Position numbers and translations under genes: made by a program | DNA from: Candidatus Bathyarchaeota archaeon | GTDB lineage: Archaea; Thermoproteota; Bathyarchaeia; 40CM-2-53-6 | Reading direction: 5' to 3' | Length of the DNA stretch: 49,379 nt | Assembly: GCA_963833125.1 (NCBI GenBank) | Contig: CAWHWX010000023.1 | Coordinates: 1 to 49,379 of the forward strand | The notes under the pieces: generated by a model | What the model saw: the letters and a program-made list of their open reading frames with translations, nothing else | What the model was told of the DNA's origin: nothing | Databases searched by the model: none | Part shown: positions 43,754 through 49,379 of the stretch, piece after piece | How positions within the stretch are numbered: position 1 is the first letter of the stretch | Layout of the letters: each line of letters opens with the position of its first letter

Positions 43754-44992
43754 GTGCCTATGCAGTCAAAGAGCGGAAAGTTTGCTCCAACAATCTTTCT
43801 CTATCCAAGAATTCGCAAGACTCCGTATTATGAGGCTCATAAGAAGGCCGGAGTCAAGTCGTACAGCGTTTACAATCACATGTACCACCCGCGTTACTAC
43901 GGTGACATGTACAAAGAATACGAGAAAGTTGTGAGCACCGTTACGCTTTGGGACGTGTCGGTTGAACGCCAAGTAGAAATTACCGGCCCAGACGCGTTCA
44001 AGTTCACAAATTACCTCACCCCAAGGGACTTGACCAAGGTAAAGATTGGCCAGTGTAGGTATGTGGCAATCTGCACCGAAGACGGAGGAATGATCAACGA
44101 TCCGGTGCTGCTCCGACTCGGTGAGAACGAGTTCTGGCTCTCGGTTAGCGACTCTGACGTTCTGCTCTGGGCGAAAGGAGTTGCTGTCAATTCAGGAATG
44201 AACGTGAAGATTCACGAACCCGATGTATCACCGGTTCAGATTCAGGGACCGAAGTCGCCGTGGGTTGTGAAGGAACTAGTCGGGGACAAGGTGTTGGACC
44301 TTGGATATTACACCTGCATGCCCGCTAAAGTCAAGGGCATGGACGTAATCGTGAGCCGAACGGGCTTCACCGCCGAGCTAGGATACGAAATATTCCTGCG
44401 CAACAGCACCGTTGGACGAAACGCCGTCAACCTCTGGGAGGCAATACTCGAAGCCGGAAAACCCTACGGCATCCAGGTAACTGGACCAACGCACATAAAG
44501 GCCCTGGAGGCGGGAATATTGGATTACGGTTGCGACATGGATCTGAACACCAACCCATTCGAAGTGGGCTTGGATTATCTCGTCGATGCGAACAAGCAGG
44601 CGGACTACATTGGCAAGACCGCTTTGAAGCAAATCAAGGTGGAAGGAGTCAAGCGCAAGCTAGTGGGTTTGGACATTGGCGGAGCGCCCACATATGAATG
44701 GAATTGGGACACCGGCGTCGAGAACCCACCTGGGTGGGATACCGGCGACCGATGGCCAGTAACACAGAAGGGCAAGAAGGCGGGTTTTCTGACCAAAGCT
44801 TACTTCTCGCCAAAGTTGAAGAAAAACATAGGCCGAGCAATGGTCAGCCTCGAATACTCCAAAGAAGGCACAGAACTAACTCTCGAAACACCAGCCGGAA
44901 CAAGGACGGCAAAAGTCGTCTCGTTCTACTTCACCGACCCGAAGAAGGATATAGCGAAAGCCAACGTAAGAGCAATGGTACTCGCAAAGTAA
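43754..44992 (+). CDS. GcvT-family THF-dependent methyltransferase, DmdA-like subfamily
   Basis: RIRKTPY, YSVYNHM, LWDVSVERQVEITGPDA, TPRDL, GGMINDPVLL, WLSVSDSDVLLW and SRTGFTAELGYEI. These are DmdA-type motifs rather than the FDVSHMG motif of true GcvT. Confidence 0.85.
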   Translation: MPMQSKSGKFAPTIFLYPRIRKTPYYEAHKKAGVKSYSVYNHMYHPRYYGDMYKEYEKVVSTVTLWDVSVERQVEITGPDAFKFTNYLTPRDLTKVKIGQCRYVAICTEDGGMINDPVLLRLGENEFWLSVSDSDVLLWAKGVAVNSGMNVKIHEPDVSPVQIQGPKSPWVVKELVGDKVLDLGYYTCMPAKVKGMDVIVSRTGFTAELGYEIFLRNSTVGRNAVNLWEAILEAGKPYGIQVTGPTHIKALEAGILDYGCDMDLNTNPFEVGLDYLVDANKQADYIGKTALKQIKVEGVKRKLVGLDIGGAPTYEWNWDTGVENPPGWDTGDRWPVTQKGKKAGFLTKAYFSPKLKKNIGRAMVSLEYSKEGTELTLETPAGTRTAKVVSFYFTDPKKDIAKANVRAMVLAK

Positions 44993-45046
44993 CCTAGCCC
45001 CCTCCAAAGTTAAGCCGGAGTACCTTCGACCGCTAAGGATTGAGGA

Positions 45047-45902
45047 CTAACTCAGTCCTCTCAGCTCTTCAAGTAAACCTGTGACGATATTTAGGTCTGG
45101 ATCGGCCCAGGGGTAAATGTAGAAACCGGCCGCCTTCTTCCAAAGCGAGCGATAGACCTCCCTTACAATCTGAAGACCTTCTTCGACACCTTTTGCTGCG
45201 ACTCTCAACTTCACGGTTGGGGGGATCTTTACGCCGAGTCTCTGTTCCAGGAAAGTGATTGATTTCACGCTTCTCGGCACGAGCAATCCGATTAAGCAGG
45301 GAAGATTTTCGTTTGCTGACTCAAGAGCTTCAATTGATGTGAGCACTTGCTCGGAATGGAAGACCGGTTGCGTGATGGCGAGATCTGCTCCAGCTTCCCG
45401 CTTCTCTTTCATTGTTGAGATTAGCTTCGGAATGTCGTTGGAGGTAGGGTCGCTTCCCACTGCAATGCAGAATTGCTGCCCGCCGTCCTGGGATTTTTGT
45501 TTTCGCACCCACCGTATCAACTCACCCGAGGTTTTGAACTCGTAACGATTCGGGTAGGGTGGATCGTTTGGGTCCCCATAAAGCGTAAGTAGGTTATCGA
45601 CCCCGCCCCGCTTTAGATTGTTAAGAATTTCTCCGTCGTCACGAGGGTGATCTCGACAGATAAGAGACGCCACCACATCCACCTCCGTCCGCTGGACGAC
45701 CCTGATCGCCGATTCGAAGCAGATTTGTTCCGCAGTCTTTGCTCGGATCATCTGGGTCAGATGCATTCTTCAGTGCGGTGAGGCGGATTGCATCAACATA
45801 GGGTTTCACTTTTTCGACATGGTTCAGTAGATTGGGATCGTCGGGCTTGAACTCGACGACCAAAAGGGGCTTCCGGTTTCGCAGTTTATCGGTGAGTTTC
45901 AA
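45047..45902 (-). CDS. metF: Methylenetetrahydrofolate reductase-family protein (frameshift near 45755)
   Basis: LVVEFKP, SLICRD, NLLTLYGDP, ELIRWVR, FCIAVG and KREAGADLAITQPVF. Confidence 0.78.
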
Positions 45903-45930
45903 ATCAATACGCTCTGTAGCAGCTTTCTAT

Positions 45931-47153
45931 CTAGAACAATCCCGCCAACCGGATCTTCTCCCACAGGCTTACGTTCTGCTTCATGCCAGATGCCATTTCC
46001 ATTGCTAACATCATTGACTTTTGATTTTCTTGCATTTTACGTAGGCTTCTATCTCTGAACCATCCGACAATTGGGTTGCTTGTATTCATCATCATCGCCG
46101 TGAGCTCTGCCATGCGTCGCAGCGATTCCGTTTGACGCCTCCTTGCCACTTCGTAACTCTTCAGGGTCCTTGCTGAGAAGTCGGATTTAGAGAAGCATAC
46201 ATCGAGCACATCGAGCAGAGTGTTTACGTCGGTTAGGGTTAGGCTTCCCCCTTGCCCAAGGCTTGGCTCTATGGAATGAGCGGCATCTCCGATCAAGGCT
46301 ACGTTATCAGCAACCCAAGAATCCACTCGGACGTCTTGAGGGATCATGTATAGGAAGTCGTCCCATGACAACGCTGGCATCTAGCGCTCCTTTGAGCTCG
46401 GGGGCTAATGTAGTGATGTCCGTTTTGAATTGCTCAAGCCCCTTGGCCTTTACAGTTTCGAATGATCCCGCTGGTAGGTAGTAGAACAGGTATTGTCCAT
46501 GCGGTAACGGGAAACTGCCCAGCATCTTTCCCTTTGCCAAGTAGTGGCAAGCCTCGTCGCGTGAACAATCAGCCGCCTCGCCCGTGACCGTGACGAGGTA
46601 GCTTGCCTTCGATTGTGATGAATTCGCTTGGATTCCCGCCGCCTGTCGAACTTTGGACTTTCCGCCATCCGCGCCAATCACGACTTTCGCCTTAAGCTCT
46701 TGCTTCGTCCCATCGATAGTTGCTTGCACTCCGCTTATCTGACCGCTTTCTGCGGAGGAAGGTGTCGAATGAGGCGCCATCGAATATCTTGACGTGCTTG
46801 TCCTCAGCCCGTTTGCGAAGAATGATTTCGAATTCGTGTGGAAGGAAGGTTAGCACGTAATTCGGTTTGGTGTTCAGGAGGTGGTAGTCGTAGGCTACAA
46901 GCAGTTCCCCTGAATTCTTAACGTACTTCACTGTGCGAAGCTTGCGTCCTATCCCTTCAATATCACTTAGCAGGTGAAGTTTTTCGAGAACTTGAAGCCC
47001 GTTCGGCGCTAGACTCATACCCCGCTTGACTGGCATCGTTCCTTTTCGAGCCTCCAACAATGCCACACTATGGCCACCATGGCCCAGGCCGATGGCTAGA
47101 GATAGGCCAGCTATGCCCCCTCCAACGATCACGACGTCGAATTTCCCGTCCAC
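45931..47153 (-). CDS. FAD-dependent monooxygenase (UbiH/PHBH-like), frameshifted
   Basis: IVGGGIAGL, VIGADGGKSKVR and ALIGDAAHSIEPSLGQG across three ORFs. Confidence 0.88.
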
Positions 47154-47310
47154 ACTAGTGCCCCCGGCTGGGCAAGCTCTGCGTGGTAGCTGTAGGTATT
47201 ATTTGTGCCGCAGGCTGCAACCGCAATTCGACACCGGTATTTGCGATTTTTGCAGGACTGTCGATATTCATCTCGTTGTTCGTGCACAGATAAGACAGCA
47301 GCAGACGACG

Positions 47311-47870
47311 CTATGGTGATGCAATTAGAATCAAATAAGCCGCGCCAAGGACCTCAAACAATAAGATAAGCGACCACGATGCTCGCCTAACCCAAACTCG
47401 TCTCGGGAATTTTGTTTTAATTTCCCACGCGATGTATCTGTGTGCTACTATTCCAAGTTCGTTCTCTAAAGTGTGGAGCCTTCCAAAAGTGATTGCGTCG
47501 AGTAAGGCACTGGTATATGCGAAGCAAAACAGCCAGAATGAGTAGATTCCCAGCCCCTGCCGAACGTTAGGACCATCTTGACTGTTAAATTAGAGGCTAA
47601 TGCAGCCTGACCGATCAGGACAAAAGAAGTAATCACAAAAATCGTGCCCGCAGCCCTACTACGATTTCACTTCTTCTTCGCACTTCTTCATTGAGTGTTT
47701 CAAATTCAAGTCGTCTTCGCTCATCCATTTTTGAACTATCAACTTGGGGTTTAGGCTCCTGATCCCGGAGAACTACGGGGCATCGTCTCGTTCAAGCCAA
47801 ATGCGACGACAATAATTGGTGCCCACACGACAAGCAACACGAAAGCTTGAAGGACAGGCATGCCAACCAT
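47311..47870 (-). pseudogene. Interrupted multi-TM hypothetical protein (not in the ORF track)
   Basis: Rejoined frames give MVGMPVLQAFVLLVVWAPIIVVAFG / MDERRRLEFETLNEEVRRRSEIVV / AGTIFVITSFVLIG / GLGIYSFWLFCF...LHTLENELGI...WSLILLFEVLGAAYLILIASP*. This needs 2-3 indels. Confidence 0.45.
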
Positions 47871-48100
47871 TCCCAGAACAAACCTATTTCAATTGTCGGT
47901 TTTCCTGCTAGGATTGAATTGCGATGTTATCGCTCACCAACACCGTCGCATTCTTGCATGGCACGTCATTAACCCAAACTGAGAACTGAGTCATTCCTAG
48001 CTGTCTAAACTCATTGACATTTACAGAGAAATCCCACCGATAACTCCCGTTGTCATCGGTGGTAAAGGTAACACGTGAGCCGCCTATGTCAGTGTCCTCG

Positions 48101-48924
48101 TTAGGAACGTACCCTCTTCACAACGTACGATCGACACACCAAAACATGATACATGTGTGAGGGTTTAAGACGATTCATGATTCCCGTCAGTTTAACTATG
48201 TCACCGCGCTGAGAGAGATGCAATGTTGAAATCTTATCCGACCCCTCTTGATCTTCTGAGCCAAAGGGCGGAACTGGCTTAACATCACGAGACAAAAACC
48301 ACAGAACGTCAAATTCAGTTATGGGTTGTGCTTGTTGTGGTGAAATGTCGGACTCAAAAAAGCCTGTCTTTCTGATCTCCGAGAATGACACGATGCAGTT
48401 GTCATTTAACAGGTCAAAATTCGAACTGAATAGATTGCCATTTCGTGTGTTCAGAGCCGTTGAAAACACTTCGATTGCTTCATCCTGCTCTTTGATAGCA
48501 ATAAGATCGTGCTTCAAAGTGTGAAAATTGGGCTCCCTTAATTCGTCCCATGAACTGAACTGAATTTGCTTCCGTACTCTAACATCGTAAGAGAGGGACA
48601 GGGGCATGTGGATTCGTAATAATTCTGTTCTTACTTCCTCACGGTAATTGAATTGCTTTAGGGTAAGAACGAGTGGGCGATTCTCCGATACAGGTTTGGT
48701 TTGTGGAAGGGGGATATCGAACCAATTGTTATCCTTCGGTGCGACCGCCAATTAAGAATGCGATGACAAATAAGCTCCACCAATCCGAACGAATACACAA
48801 CGTCCGAAACGTAAGGAATTAGTTGGGTTGGTGTAATACTTGCCCATTGAACAATCTAAACGATCACGCCAATACCTAACAGGATTATACCGAACCAAGC
48901 GAGGATTCGTTCTTCCGTCGTCAA
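48101..48924 (-). pseudogene. Hypothetical protein with N-terminal TM helices, interrupted by an in-frame TAG and indels
   Basis: ORF 48101..48751 (216 aa, soluble) is preceded by LTTEERILAWFGIILLGIGVIV*IVQWASITP...YSFGL and SLFVIAFL segments in adjacent frames. Confidence 0.45.
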
Positions 48925-49105
48925 GGATTTCCGTCTTCTTAGCCTGCTAAAGAAGAGAAGGAGGCATGGTAACGATATAAGCCGCAGGTATGTGCCAACC
49001 GCTGGGAACAGCTCCTCAGTCGCACTAGCCCTCCTCGTCCCGTCTCCAATACGCAGCCAACGGTTTTTGACACCGCTTCCGAGCCGTTGAAGATTTGACA
49101 GGGCC

Positions 49106-49379
49106 TTGGTTCTGGGCATCTGAAGTAGATGCCTTTCCACTTATTGAAGCGGGCTAGGTCCTCGCACGTTTTGATTTTCCGGTTCTCCGATACGTCAGCT
49201 TTACCAAGAAATTCTTTGACGTTCTCAGGCTCTAGTAAGTTAGCTCGTCTAGCTACAGCCTTGAGGGTCCTTACGGTATGTTGAATTGTTGCAGGTCTAT
49301 ACCCGTTTGCTTGCATCCAATAGGCAAACGCACCTATCGAACTAAGTGAGCTTATGGCTACTGGTCCTGGGTTTAATGT
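49106..49379 (-). pseudogene. Truncated tyrosine recombinase/integrase (N-terminal core-binding region only)
   Basis: IGAFAYWMQANGYRPATIQHTVRTLKAVARRANLLEPENVKEFLGKADVSENRK...LARFNKWKGIYF.MPR resembles the N-terminus of archaeal integrases. No catalytic R-H-R-Y domain follows, and the 5' end runs off the window. Confidence 0.65.

Noticed and set aside
48034-48062. CCACCGAT...ATCGGTGG hairpin
   Set aside because: It is an isolated 8-bp stem downstream of an ORF. At most it is an ordinary terminator-like element, with no further support.
48856-48858. In-frame TAG as possible pyrrolysine or recoding
   Set aside because: It is a single case inside a TM segment in a degraded region. TAG is used as a normal stop elsewhere in the window and no pyl genes are visible.

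Overview
This is a gene-dense archaeal chromosome segment. Alba, a stand-alone TRAM protein, AlaX-M, a Bat-type HTH regulator, TATA-like promoters and the integrase fragment suggest a Thermoproteota lineage, probably Bathyarchaeia-like (inference). More than 20 genes, including housekeeping genes, are broken by 1-2 nt indels. This looks like long-read consensus error, so I joined split ORFs into single genes. The left two thirds is mixed housekeeping, redox, metal and transport content. Positions 31.4-45.9 kb hold a tetrahydrofolate-linked methylated-amine catabolic cluster: an Fe-S-bearing sarcosine oxidase-like complex in D-A-G-B order, a dimethylglycine oxidase/dehydrogenase, a phosphoesterase, an APC permease, a Zn-ADH, a DmdA-like methyltransferase and MetF. 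The right end looks like a decaying island with a truncated integrase. Items not in the ORF track include a 187-bp MITE with IS1-like ends and a 7-bp target duplication (2954-3140), three copies of a palindromic operator (GCCGTCA-N2-TGACGGC), a 54-aa B-box-like zinc-finger ORF, and interrupted ORFs. I recognised no rRNA, tRNA or CRISPR array.
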